This document shows positions 43,295 to 56,361 of a DNA stretch of 64,000 bases, piece after piece. The DNA is taken from the NCBI GenBank assembly GCA_951406725.2, contig OX597842.1:34038001-34102000 (forward strand), read 5' to 3'. The notes beneath the pieces were generated by a model. That model had not been told where the DNA came from and did not search any database. It was given only the letters and a program-made list of their open reading frames with translations. The translations under genes were made by a program, and so were the position numbers. The first letter of the stretch is position 1. The number at the start of each line of letters is the position of its first letter. The stretch is from Octopus vulgaris (taxonomy: Eukaryota).

Positions 43295-43848
43295 GCCCTG
43301 ATGCAGTACCAGGCAGTGGCTCTCATGGCTTCTGATCTTAACTGATTGGAAGTGTTATCATGTACATTGTTTTGTCTAGGTATAAAAGATGGGCTACAGC
43401 AAATATTCTGCTCAATACCACAGATTTGCTTGTCAGTTGTTTGACCTTACCCAGTTGAGCATGTCCCTTAGTGGCTGACGATATGTGCATCTCTGATCAC
43501 GAGCAGAAGTAGTGGGGGAGCATCATGGCCATGTGTTGAGAGGGATTCTTTGGAGTTTGAATGGTTCACCTCTGGAAACATAGGTGTTTCGTTCAACATC
43601 CTAAAGCAACCCTTATTCAGGGACCTTTTGAGCAGGATGGGCTACTCAACCTGAAGAAAATTCTAACTGGGCCCCACCTGCAAGGTCATGTGCTGTTTAT
43701 CTTGATATGAGATCACCATGTCGCGCACATATGGTTGTGATGCATGTGCCTGGTGTACCTTTATCAGACGGGTAGTCATGATGGGTATATTGGGCTTCGT
43801 ATATTTTACCCCAGTGTCACTTTGATGGCATCAACTGCTCTCTCACTC

Positions 43849-43850
<2 letters not shown>
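43291..43850 (+). mobile_element. About 560-bp element embedded in (AAT)n on both sides
   Basis: A second copy lies at 38547-38989. No TIR, no tRNA head and no long ORF. Strand inferred from truncation polarity. Confidence 0.85.
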
Positions 43851-43928
<78 letters not shown>

Positions 43929-43967
43929 TGATGAGGGTGATTATTAATAATGAAGAATGCTGATAAT

Positions 43968-44170
43968 TCTTCTGCTTGTTTCGGTCATTTGGTTGCGGTC
44001 ATGCTGGAGCACCACATTCAGTCGAACGAGTCGACCCCCAGGACTTATTCTTTGTAAACCTAGCACTTATTCTATCGGTCTCTCTTTTGCTAAACCGCTA
44101 AGTTACGGGGACGTAAACACGCCAACATCGATTGTGAAGCTATGGTGGCGGGGGGGGGGCACACAAACAT
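43968..44170 (-). mobile_element. SINE family A, 3' half
   Basis: cttgtttcggtcatttggttgcggtcatgctggagcacc…ccgctaagttacggggacgtaaacac. Confidence 0.82.
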
Positions 44171-44204
44171 AGACACTCACACGCAAATATACAAACACAC
44201 GCAC

Positions 44205-44272
<68 letters not shown>

Positions 44273-44400
44273 CAGCAAAAATTTAGATTCAAATAAATAT
44301 GGTACTTAATTTAGATGCACCAGAATTTTGTATGGTGTTATCCATAAAAATCCGTGGGATGATTATAACCAAAATAAGCAACAAGAATGACTCCGGTAAT

Positions 44401-44487
44401 TTGGTACGATCGTTTCGTACTACATCATTTTATTAAATGTTGTAAGTATTACAACAGATTTAAGATGCTGAGTACTCATCAGCCCAT
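44401..44487 (-). ncRNA. Type I hammerhead ribozyme motif, canonical core and long stem II, in a fragment (44270-44519) flanked by (TA)n
   Basis: Minus strand: gg-CTGATGA-gtact…catc-ttaaa-tc-tgttgtaa-tac-ttacaaca-tttaa…gatg-t-agtac-GAAAC-gatc-GTA-cc. Palindromic stem III ACGATCGT. Stem I is only about 2 bp. Confidence 0.8.
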
Positions 44488-44515
44488 TATAGACGTTTTC
44501 CATTAATACAACAAT

Positions 44516-44580
<65 letters not shown>

Positions 44581-44632
44581 CATATATATATATTATGTAT
44601 GTATTATGTTTGTAAGTCTATATGTATTATGA

Positions 44633-44897
44633 ACTGGACCTGCTCTTTTTAACATCATTCCCAAAACATATAAAGGAGGAAAAAGATTTCATAACATTCA
44701 AAAAAATATTTGGATGAATATCTCCAACAATTTTCAGATAATCCACCTTCACCCAGATATACTGCTTCAAGCAACAACTCTTTAATCCAATGGGCAATGG
44801 TGCCTAAAAATGACTATCCAAAAATATATTACTAAATGACTTTTTCAGGTGGTGCTATTAAGTTAGCTATGGCCGGGGCCAATGTGGCCGAAACCTA
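44633..44897 (+). mobile_element. CR1/L2-like LINE 3' end, second family, frameshifted
   Basis: With two frameshifts it translates TGPALFNIIPK/HIKEEKDFITFKK/YLDEYLQQFSDNP…SSNNSLIQW, then a 3' stem-loop ggcc-aatgt-ggcc-gaaac. Confidence 0.72.
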
Positions 44898-45304
44898 TTT
44901 GAGTTCCACCGTCTAGGCTTAAAAAGCCCTTATCATTTGTTTCTCCTTGTCCTCTCTTTTACTGTTTTTATCTTTATTTGTATTTCTTTTACTGTCCTGT
45001 TCTTGTCACTTTTTTACCTCTCCGCAAAAAAGATGCCAAATTTTGTTTGGTTTGCTTTGCGGGAAGGACTGTTTCGGCGAGGTCGTGTCCTGCTCTTACC
45101 TTCGAAACACGCAATAAGTCGAAACAGGGGCAGCTGAGGAAGGGGAATGTTCCTTGTGTTGTATGTCTTGTAGTCTGTTTTTTCGTTGTTAAAAAAAGTC
45201 CCTTTTCCCTGTTTTGTTTTTATATTTTCGTTTCTCGCTGTGTTCTACGTTCTTTTGTGGTGTCCTGTACCCAAATATGCATGTATATATATACATATAG
45301 ATGT

Positions 45305-45698
45305 AGGCGCAGGAGTGGCTGTGTGGTAAGTAGCTTGCTAACCAGCCTCATGGTTCCGGGTTCAGTCTCACTGCGTGGCATCTTGGGCAAGTGTCTTCTG
45401 CTATAGCCCCGGGCCGACCAATGCCTTGTGAGTGGATTTGGTAGACGGAAACTGAAAGAAGCCTGTCGTATATATATATATATGTATGTGTGTGTTTGTG
45501 TGTCTGTGTTTCTCCCCCTAGCATTGCTTGACAACCGATGCTGGTGTGTTTACGTCCCCGTCACTTAGCGGTTCAGCAAAAAGAGACCGATAGAATAGGT
45601 ACTGGGCTTACAAAGAATAAGTACCGGGGTCGAGTTGCTCGACTAAAGGCGGTGCTTCAGCATGGCCGCAGTCAAATGACTGAAACAAGTAAAAGAGA
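45305..45698 (+). mobile_element. SINE family A, full length
   Basis: aggcgcaggagtggctgtgtgg…gactgaaacaagtaaaagag. Confidence 0.93.
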
Positions 45699-45757
45699 GA
45701 TACCCAGTTGAACACGACCCTCATGTGCATTTCTGGTCACAAATGTACTCAAGACTA

Positions 45758-45923
45758 CTCGATTACATCGACCCACATAGTTTCACTGGTATTCAATTTA
45801 TGGACCACAAAAGGATGAAAGCTAAAGTCGAACTCGGTGGAATTTGAACTCAGAACGTGCTGACGGACGAAATGCCGCTAAGCATTTCGCCCGGCGCGCT
45901 AACGATTCTGCTAGCTCACCGCC
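45758..45923 (-). mobile_element. SINE family B
   Basis: cgattacatcgaccc…aaggatgaaag…gaatttgaactcagaacgt…gctaacgattctgctagctcaccgcc. Confidence 0.82.
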
Positions 45924-46337
45924 CTGCGAACAACAACAGGAATTTTGATGATTATAATAACAACACAGAAAACATTAACAATAACAGCAAGAAGAAGAAG
46001 AAGGCGAAGAAGAAGAAGAAGAAGAAGAAGAAGAAGAAAAAGAAGAAGAAGAAGAAAAGAAGAAGAAGAAGAAGAAGAAGAAGAAGAAAGAACAACAACA
46101 ACAAAATGAAGAAGTAGAAGAAGAAGAAAAAAAAGAAGAAAAATAAGAAGAATTAGAAGAAGAAAAAAAGAAGAAAAAGAAGAAGAAGAAGAAGAAGAAG
46201 AGAGAAGAAGAAGAAGAAGAAGAAGAAGAAGAAGAAGAATGATAATAATAATTTATTAATTATTAAATTAATAATAAGGCTGCCATACTAAAGAAGAAAG
46301 CGAGAATATGTGCGTGTGTGTGTGTGTATGTGTGTGT

Positions 46338-46393
<56 letters not shown>

Positions 46394-46839
46394 ATTGTAA
46401 AGGAACTGGACGCAGTGATGTGTAACGGAATGCTTGCTCCCACGTCAACGTCGCCGCCGCCATAACTCTCCTCCTGCTCCTCCTCCTCCCCTTTCTCCTC
46501 ACCCACTTCCTCCTCCTCCTCCTCCTCCTCCTCGCATCGTAGATTAACGAACTAAACGGCCATAAATCAACCCGGGCGTCACAGATCATTTCACAGTAAC
46601 CACCGGTATGGAGTCCACCTCCAGGAGCAACAACAACAACAACAACAACAACAGCAACAGCAACGAAAAGAAACTCCACCACCGCATCGCTCCTACCATC
46701 GACGCCGCCATCGTCAACGGAATCGTCGACATCGTCCCCACCCATGGGTGCCGTCGCCGCTGCTCCTGTGTGAATAACAGTAGCTTCATCAACAAGAATA
46801 ACTTGAGTAATGTTAACATCAACATCATCCCCGCCGCCG

Positions 46840-48100
46840 CCGCCGTCACCACCACAATCACCATCACTAACACAACCACCACCGTCACCACCGTCGCCAC
46901 CGTCGCCACCACCACCGCCATCAACACCACCACCACCACTACTATCAACGCCACTCCCACCACCAACACCACCACATTCCTCATCACCACCACTACCACC
47001 ACAACCATCATCACCATCACCACCACCATCACCACCACAACCACCACCATCACCACCATCATCACCACCACCATCATCATCACCATCACCACTATCACCA
47101 TCACCACTACCACTCACCACCACCACCACCACCACTACCATCACCACCACCATCACCACCACCATCATCATCACCATCACCACCGCCACCACCACCATCA
47201 CCACCACCATCACCACCATCACCACCACCATCATCATCACCATCACCACTATCACCATCACCACCACCACCACCACCACCACCACCACCACCACCACCAC
47301 CATCACCACCACCATCATCATCACCATCACCACCGCCACCACCACCATCACCACCACCATCACCACCACCACCACCATCATCATCACCATCACCACTATC
47401 ACCATCACCACTACCACTCACCACCACCACCACCACCACTACCATCACCACCACCATCACCACCACCATCATCATCACCATCACCACCGCCACCACCACC
47501 ATCACCACCACCATCACCACCATCACCACTACCATTCACCACCGCCACGACAACCTCCATCATTACCACCACCACCACCACTACCACCACCTTGAGCATC
47601 AGAATGCAACCACTATCACCACCACCACCACCACCATCACCACCACCATCACCACCACCATCACCACCATCACCACTACCATTCACCACCGCCACGACAA
47701 CCTCCATCATTACCACCACCACCACCACTACCACCACCTTGAGCATCAGAATGCAACCACTATCACCACCACCACCACCACCATCACCACCACCACCACC
47801 ACCACCATCACCACCAACACCTCGAGTAGCACAACGCAACCACCAGTACCTCCACCCACACACCCACAACGGCACAACCACCACCATCAATACCACTTCC
47901 ACGACAACCGATACTGCCACGACAACCACTACCATCACCAATACAACCACCACCACCAACAACACAACCACCAACAACACAACCACCACTAACACGACCA
48001 CAACGAACACTATCACCACCACCAAAGCCGTCGCCACCACCATCAGCACACACCACTACTGCCACCGCCACCACCACCACCACCACCACCACTACTACTA
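46840..48100. repeat. (CAC/CAT)n field with nested duplications, including a 147-bp repeat near 47533 and 47680
   Basis: ccattcaccaccgccacgacaacctccatcatt…ttgagcatcagaatgcaaccac occurs twice. Confidence 0.9.
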
Positions 48101-48159
48101 CAACCTGCTTCTTATAATATACCTTTTCTACTCTATGCACTTTGGGGGGAGGGGGCCAG

Positions 48160-48662
48160 TTGATTAGATCGACCCAGTACACAACTGGTACTTAATTTGA
48201 ACTCAGAACATGAAGACAGACGAAATACCCATTTCTTAACTACCCACAAGGGGTTAAACACAGAGAAGACAAACAAGGACAGACAAACGTTTTAAGTCGA
48301 TTACATCTACCACAGTGCGTAACTGGTACTTATTTAATCGACCCCCGAAAGAATGAAAGGCAAAGTCGACCTGGGTAGAATTTGAACTCAGAACTTAGCG
48401 GCAGACGAAATATCTATTTCTTTACTACCCACAAGGGACTAAACACAGAGGAGACAAACAAGGACAGACAAACAAGAACAGACAAAGGGATTAAGTCGAT
48501 TATATCGACCCCAGTGTGTCACTGGTACTTATTTAATCGACCCCGAAAGGATGAAGGGCAAAGTCGACCTCGGTGGAATTTGAACTCAGAACGTAGCAGC
48601 AGGCGAAATACAGCTAAGCCTTTCGCCCGCCGTGCTAACGTTTCTGCCAGCTCGCCGCCTTA
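48160..48662 (-). mobile_element. SINE family B concatemer: one full head plus two head-truncated units
   Basis: Head …ctgccagctcgccgcctt at 48662. The B-box segment atttgaactcagaac occurs three times and the tail actacccacaaggg..taaacacagag twice. Confidence 0.88.
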
Positions 48663-48765
48663 AGCAACTTAAAACAACTTATTAAGAATTACTCTTACTA
48701 TTCCTCCTCTCCTCCTCCTCTTCCCCCACTACTACTACTACTACTATCACATATCACTAATGCTG

Positions 48766-48796
<31 letters not shown>

Positions 48797-49007
48797 CACG
48801 ACTACTACTTCTACCACTAATGTCACATTGCTCTCACATTAATATATATATGTATGTATATACATATATATATATACACATATATGTATGTATGTATATA
48901 TGTATATATGTATATATCTGAAACTATGTGTTTGTGGATGTGTATAAATGTATATATATATTTACATAATATTGAGGTCTCTTTCTTTTGTTATCTTACC
49001 GTTTTTA

Positions 49008-49077
<70 letters not shown>

Positions 49078-49229
49078 CATATACATGTATATATGCATAT
49101 GTTCGTCCATATATATATATATATATATATATGTATGAGTGTATAAATATATATATATATATATATATAAGTAAGTATATATATAAATATATGTATGTAG
49201 ATATATATATGTGTATGTACGTGTATGTG

Positions 49230-49263
<34 letters not shown>

Positions 49264-49414
49264 ATTATGTACACATATACATCATATGCATATATTCATA
49301 AATTCACATTCACATATAGATATTTAGGTATATGTGTGTATACATATATGCCGTTATATATATATATATATATATATATACGCATATATATATACATACA
49401 TATACATTTATACG

Positions 49415-49475
<61 letters not shown>

Positions 49476-50051
49476 GTATGTATGTACGTATGCACGTGTG
49501 TATGTATACACATACCACGCACATCGATAGCTACTTTCTTATTAACCTGTTAAGGTTTTTTCTCTGAAAATATTTTAATCAGTTCGCTTAATTACACTTG
49601 AAAAACATCGTCACACTTTTAATGGCTGTCACAATCACCAGCGACCTCTGTTTTTAATACTGTTCTTGTCGTTACTGTAGTTGTTAACCTTGTTGTTGTT
49701 GTTGTTGTTGTAGGTTGTGGTGGTGGCTTGGGAATTTATCATGATGGTGGTGGTGGTGTTGGTTGTGACTGTGATGGTATGGCTCGTGATGGTGGTTTTG
49801 ATGTTCAATCTCTCATCGTTGGTGGAGGTGCTGTTTTTATCGCTGGTGGTTATGTTATTGTTGATAGTATTTTTATTGTTGATGTTGGGAGTTGAATTGT
49901 TGGTTGTATTGTTGTTGGGCTCTCGACAGTGGTATGCTGTTGATGTTGATGTATTTATTGTTACCAGTGTTGGTGGTGGCGGTGGTGGTGGTGGCGGTGG
50001 TGGTGGTGATGGTGGTTGAGGTGGTGGTGGTGGTGGTGGTGATATATATAT

Positions 50052-50345
50052 ACAATTGCAGCGTGGAAGGTGTTTATAAGCCATTTAAGAAACACACAAA
50101 AGCCGTTCGATTCACTTTAACATTTAAGTTTAATTTGTCAAAATATTTTCGTCGCTAAAATCCGCGACCTGTTCACTGACAAAAATCCGTGCTGCATCTC
50201 TGAGATACAGCACGGATTTTTGTCAGTGAACAGGTCGCGGTCTCGAAGCAACGAAAATATTTTGACAAATTAAACTTAAATGTTGAAGTGAATCGAACGG
50301 CTTTTGTGTGTTTCTTAAAGGCTTATAAACACCTTCCACGCTGCA

Positions 50346-50350
<5 letters not shown>
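50052..50350. mobile_element. 299-bp fold-back (about 149-bp arms, centre 50201) in (TA)n: two head-to-head Penelope-like fragments
   Basis: acaattgcagcgtggaaggtgttt… / …aaacaccttccacgctgcaattgt. The arms are complementary up to a 1-nt centre, with (TA)n on both sides. Confidence 0.9.
50134..50183 (-). ncRNA. Minimal type I hammerhead motif, G3-C8 core variant (second copy on + at 50219-50269)
   Basis: tttgtca-GTGAACA-g-gtcgc-ggatttta-gcgac-GAAA-atat-TT-tgacaaa. Stem I is 7 bp, stem II is 5 bp, and the stem III region is palindromic (AAATATTT). Confidence 0.72.
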
Positions 50351-50383
<33 letters not shown>

Positions 50384-50528
50384 TACACATATGAGAGAGA
50401 ATCCACTAAAGTGGACACCCTTACGCTAACCACTAAAAATTATTCTCAAGAAAAACTTAGCACACTATGAACGTAAGCGAGCAGGACAAATGAAAAATAA
50501 CAAAAATATAGATTAATATGATTTTGAT

Positions 50529-50612
50529 CTCTCTTACTCTCTCTTACTTGTTTCAGTCATTTGACTGCGGCCATGCCGGAGCACCGCCTTTAATCGAGCT
50601 ACTCGACCCGGG
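50529..50612 (-). mobile_element. SINE family A tail
   Basis: ctcttacttgtttcagtcatttgactgcggccatgccggagcaccgcc. Confidence 0.8.
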
Positions 50613-50643
50613 AATTATATATGATTTTAATATATATATATAA

Positions 50644-50848
50644 TGTGACCTCGTGTGGACCGTTGGCGATATTTTTTCCTCTGTCTTCCCTTCTCTGGAT
50701 CTTTCCTTCTCCTATGTTTCCGACGAAGAGCTCCGCTCGAAACGTTAAACCCTCCTTCTTACCTTCTTTCCTGAGCATCCAATAATACTATATTTGTTCC
50801 ACGTCCTCGCGTTGTTGTGTTTTTTGTGCTTTCTTGTTTGGATTAACT
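50644..50848 (+). mobile_element. Penelope-like fragment with HHR variant (motif at 50716-50750)
   Basis: gttt-CCGACGA-a-gagctccgctc-GAAA-cg-TT-aaac, with (TA)n on both sides. Third copy of the family. Confidence 0.75.
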
Positions 50849-50862
50849 ATATATACATATAC

Positions 50863-50902
<40 letters not shown>

Positions 50903-51242
50903 CCGTGAGAGTTAGAGATTGGGAAGCCAAGCAACTAAGGGGTAGTACCTATCCAATACATTGCTGGTAGTGTACCCAATTATTAATAGCTAAGTGCTGG
51001 TTATTGCGTGGCAATTTCGCAGTCGAGTGTCATATACGGGCGAGGGTGAAAAGTGCTTTACCCTTAATTTATACGGCAAAAAAGAAAATGGAGGGGATAC
51101 AAAAATGGCATACATCAGCCGTTAGACAATGTATTATGTCTATTTATTCTAAAATCCGGTCCGGGATTCGAACTCACAAACGCAAGCTCAACGCTCTAAC
51201 CACTGAGCCATGCGCCTTTACTGCACACACATACATATTACA

Positions 51243-51289
<47 letters not shown>

Positions 51290-51404
51290 TATATATACAG
51301 ATATATATATATATATACATATATATACATGTATATAATGTATATATGTGTGTATATATATGTATATATATGTATGTGTGTATATATATATATGTGAGTG
51401 TATG

Positions 51405-51615
51405 TGTGTTTGTGTGTCTGTGTTTGTCCCCCTAGCATTGCTTGACAACCGATGCTGGTGTGTTTATGTCCCCGTTACTTAGCGGTTCGGCAAAAGAGAC
51501 TGATAGAAAAACTACTGGGCTTACAAAAGAATAAGTCCCGGGGTCGAGTTGCTCGATTAAAGGCAGTGCTCCAGCATGGCCACAGTCAAATGACTGAAAC
51601 AAGTAAAGGAGTAAA
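51405..51615 (+). mobile_element. SINE family A, 3' half
   Basis: gtgtttgtccccctagcattgcttgacaaccgatgctgg…gactgaaacaagtaaaggagtaaa. Confidence 0.9.
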
Positions 51616-51617
51616 AG

Positions 51618-51725
<108 letters not shown>

Positions 51726-52189
51726 ATTGTTTTATTGTAGCTCGAAAAAGTTCGTAAGCTGTTACTCAAAGTTTCACGCAGGCGATCAGCAGACAACCGC
51801 GAGTCGTCTGGAAATCGAATGCGTGAAACTCTGAGTAAAGGCAGAACTCTCTCCAGCTTCAGTAAAAGGCTGTTTTATCCACCTTGGTTTGCACCCTGCG
51901 TGCGAGAGAGACAGAGAGAGAGGGGGGGGACAAGTAAGTGACAGAAAATGTGTGTTCGCATGTATAAGTTATTCTAAAAGAATGGATTGGAATCAAGAGA
52001 GAAGCAACGGAATTTACAAGAACAACAACGACAACGAGGAGTATTGCTAGAAGAATTACAAGAAACACGTTAGCAGAACCATTAAGAGGTGACAGGTGAA
52101 GGATGTGTTGTAAGTGGTTTAGTAGTAGTAGTAGTAGTCGTAGTAGTAGTAGTAGTAGTAGTAGCAGCAGCAGCAGCAGTAGCAGCAGC

Positions 52190-52258
<69 letters not shown>

Positions 52259-53358
52259 GGTGGTGGTGGAGGTGGAAACAGCAGAGGAAGAAGAAGTCGA
52301 AAAGAAGAAGAAGGAGGAGGAGGAGGAGGAGGAAAGAAGAAGAAGGAGAAGGAAAAAAGAGAAAGAAGAAACAAAAGAAGAAGAAGAAGAAGAAGAAGAA
52401 AAGGAAGAAGAAACAAAAGAAGAAGAAAAAGAGGAAGAAGAAATGAAGGAGAAGAAGGAGAAGATGAAGAAGAAGAAGAAGAAGAAGAAGAAGAAGAACA
52501 TAATTACCATCAACAACAACAACAACAACAAGGAAGAGGTGGAGGAGGCAGAAGAAGGAGGAAGGACGAAGAGGGAGAGGAAGTTGGAAGAGGAAGAAGG
52601 ATAGAAAACTAAGAAAAAGAAATAGAAGAAGAAAGAAGAAGTAGGATAACAAACAACGCAAGAGAGAGAAAAAGCGGGAAAAATAAAAGAGGAAAGCAAA
52701 ATGGCGTCTTGCCAATATAAACGGAATTGTAACAGCTGTTGTGTGTGTTGATAAGAGACGGGTGAAAGGAGGGATAGTGGGAGATGGAGGAATGAAAGGG
52801 GAAATTGACGGTGGGGGAGAGAATATGTTTGGAGGAAGAGGGAGAGGAAGGTGAAGGGAGAGTAGAGTTAGAGGAAGCGGTGGGCGAGAAAGGCAAGGAA
52901 AGAAACAGAGAGAGAGAGAGGGTGAGATTGGGAGAGCAACTAAGTGGTGGGGAGAGGAAGATGATGGAAAGCATAAGTGAGTTGAGAGGGGCAATTAGAG
53001 AGATAGGTAGGGACATAGAGAGAGAGAGAGAGAGGGAAAGAGGATATAGATATGAAAATATAAAATATTTTATGAATATATATGTATATATATGTATGTT
53101 TATATGTATATATACATACATATATATGCATATACATACACGTGTGAGAGTATGTATGTATGTATACATATATATATATGTGTGTATAATCATTTAATTT
53201 AATTATACTTATATACACTCACGAATCCTTGCATTTGTATATGCATATATTCATATATATATATACATATATACATATATATATATACATATATATATAT
53301 ATATGTATATATGTATAAGATAGATACATATATATGTGTGTGTATATGTATGTATATC

Positions 53359-53395
<37 letters not shown>

Positions 53396-53709
53396 GTATG
53401 TATATATATCTACACACACAAACACAAATTCGCAGTTAGTGATATGTATGTGTATATATGTTTCTATGTAAGCCTATACTATTTAATATTATGTAATTTC
53501 AAATATCTATACATATATACATATATACGTATCGCATATGTGTATATAAGTATACACACGCGCACACACACAGATCTATGTATGTATATGTGGGAAGTGA
53601 GAGAGAAGGAGAGAGGGAGAGAGAGAGAAGGAGAGAGGGAGAGAGAGAGTAGGAGGATTGGGGTTAGGTGGGAGCAGGATGCATGATGAGGTTCATAGGT
53701 GAGGAGTGT

Positions 53710-53740
<31 letters not shown>

Positions 53741-54413
53741 AAGAACAACAACAACAACAACAACAACATCAACAGCAACAACGATAACAACAACAATAGA
53801 TCATTAATTATGAAGTTGAAATTGTGACAGTCGCAAAAAAGATACAGAAAGACACAGAGAAGGAGAAACAGAGAGAGAGAGAGAGGGTGGAGAAAGGGAG
53901 GGGTTGAAATGAGGAAAGGGCAGAGGGTAACAGAGTTAATAATGATTAAAATAGAGTGGAAGTATAAGTGTAGTAGGGAGGGAGGGGTGAGAAATGGGAG
54001 AAGGATAGTGGAGAAAGAGAGGGAGTGCGGATGTGAGTTTAGACGGAGTGGGAAGGAAGTTAGGGAGTGTAATATTTTTTAAATGTTTTAAAATGTTCAA
54101 TATTTTAAAATTAAAAGGACAAACACTTTCCTTATTTATACATACATGTATATATATATGTATATATATAAGCATATATATGTATGCATATATTTATACA
54201 CGTAGAGGAAATTGAAATTAAAATATTAATTTGTACACTTATATGTACTTATGTGTGTGTATGTGTGTTTGAAATTAAATTAGGATGTATATGCTTTTAA
54301 TTGTATACATAAATTATATATTACATCGCTGATATATATATATATATAAATACACATGCATACGTACATATGCACACATATATACATGAATCTGAATAAC
54401 ATTAATTTCCTCC

Positions 54414-54462
<49 letters not shown>

Positions 54463-54529
54463 TATATATATGCATATATATATACATATATATATATATA
54501 CACACACACGTATGAAATTAAATTTAAAG

Positions 54530-54617
<88 letters not shown>

Positions 54618-54937
54618 ATATATGTATATATGAAGGCAATTAAATTTGGACATATATATATATATACACCCTTGATAGATGTAAGAGATTCTAAGTTTCT
54701 AAAAAATTCAATTAAATTTGAAAATACACACACATTTATGTGTATGTTTGTGTGTCAGCGTATATATCTATATATATATATATGTGTGTGTGTATGTATG
54801 TATGTATGTATGTATGTGTATGTGTATGTGTATATATACACACCCGCTTCCGTATGAGTATGTCGAGTGTGTACGGGAAATTGAAAATCACGCTTCAGCG
54901 AAGCATATACATATACATTCACATCTTACACATATAT

Positions 54938-54996
<59 letters not shown>

Positions 54997-55175
54997 TATA
55001 CATATATGGAGACACTTGCAAGAGACGAGGGAGAAAACCGGAATTCAAAATGCGGAGAGGTGACGCTGTGGTCGAGGGTCAGAAAGTTTGTGGAAGAAAA
55101 GGAAGCGGGGAGGTGGGGAGTGGATTAATGGAATGAGTTAAAACAGAACCGAGAGAAATAGAGAACGGGGTAGAT

Positions 55176-55212
<37 letters not shown>

Positions 55213-56104
55213 GTTATGGACGTGTGGGAGTGGTAGGAAGAGTAACTGGTAGAGGAGAGGATGTCGTGAGAACGTGTGAAAGATGACGGAAGGGTGGGTG
55301 TTAAAAAATAATAGAATAAAATTATTTGAATTAAAACGGGTTAAGATTAAGTTTCTGACCCCACCCCGTTTGACATAATCTAAACACGTGTCAACAACAT
55401 CCATATACATACATATATACATTCATTCATACATATATATATATATATATCTTTGTATATATATGTTTGTATGTGTGTATATGTGTGTCTTGCAAGACAG
55501 ATAATTTGTGCATTAAAACCCTTGTCAATATGCAAATGCGTTTGTTGTGCTTTTGAGGTTTTTCGCGCGCGTGTGTGTGTGTGTGTGTATCTGTGTGTTT
55601 GTGGGTGTCTATGTCTGTGCGTATGTCTCTGTGTGTGAGCGTGTATGCGTTTGTGCTTGTGTGTGTGTGTGTGTGTGTGTGTGTTGGGAGTCTGTAATAG
55701 GTTATTGTCAACTTTTGATGAACATTTCGTGTAAAAACAGACACACATAATCTCTGTTTCTCTCTCTGTCTCTCTCTCTGTTTCTCTCTCTGTCTCTCTC
55801 TCTGTTTCTCTCTCTGTCTCTCTCTCTGTTTCTCTCTCTGTCTCTCTCTCTGTTTCTCTCTCTGTCTCTCTCTCTCTCTCTCGCACACACATCTCACATT
55901 TATTTATTCCATATATGCGTGTGTCTGAACACACACACACATGTATATATATATATGTGTATATATGCATATATGTATACATGTATATATATATATGTGT
56001 ATATATGCATATATGTATATGTATTTCTGTGCGCCAGTTTGTTTAGAAGCTTTCACATACACACTCGTATATAAATATTGTATATAAATATATATATATG
56101 TATA

Positions 56105-56350
56105 TCACGTGATCACGTGACAGACCAGACCATCAGATGTTGTTACACATCGCTGGTCACAATGCGTTCGCATTGTTTTAGCCTTCGAATGACGCCACCC
56201 CGCTGGCTAAGCGAGCAGGCCAACACGCCCTGCCGGAGCCTCGTGCAGGTTTTTGGGTGTTTTCGCTCAATAAACACTCACAACGCCCGGTCTGGGAATC
56301 GAAACCGCGATCCTACGACCGCGAGTCCGCTGCCCTAACCACTGGGCCAT
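56105..56350 (-). mobile_element. SINE with the family C head and a different 3' tail
   Basis: 56229-56350 matches 6925-7045. 56105-56225 is unrelated to the tail of the 5681-7056 units. Confidence 0.78.
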
Positions 56351-56361
56351 ACATATATGTA

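Noticed and set aside
46608-48167. 519-aa ORF, the longest in the track
   Set aside because: Almost entirely (CAC/CAT)n read-through (poly-T/H/P), open in several frames and on both strands, with no domain.
51034-51150. Possible mariner TIR fragment
   Set aside because: Only one end resembles a TIR and no partner was found.
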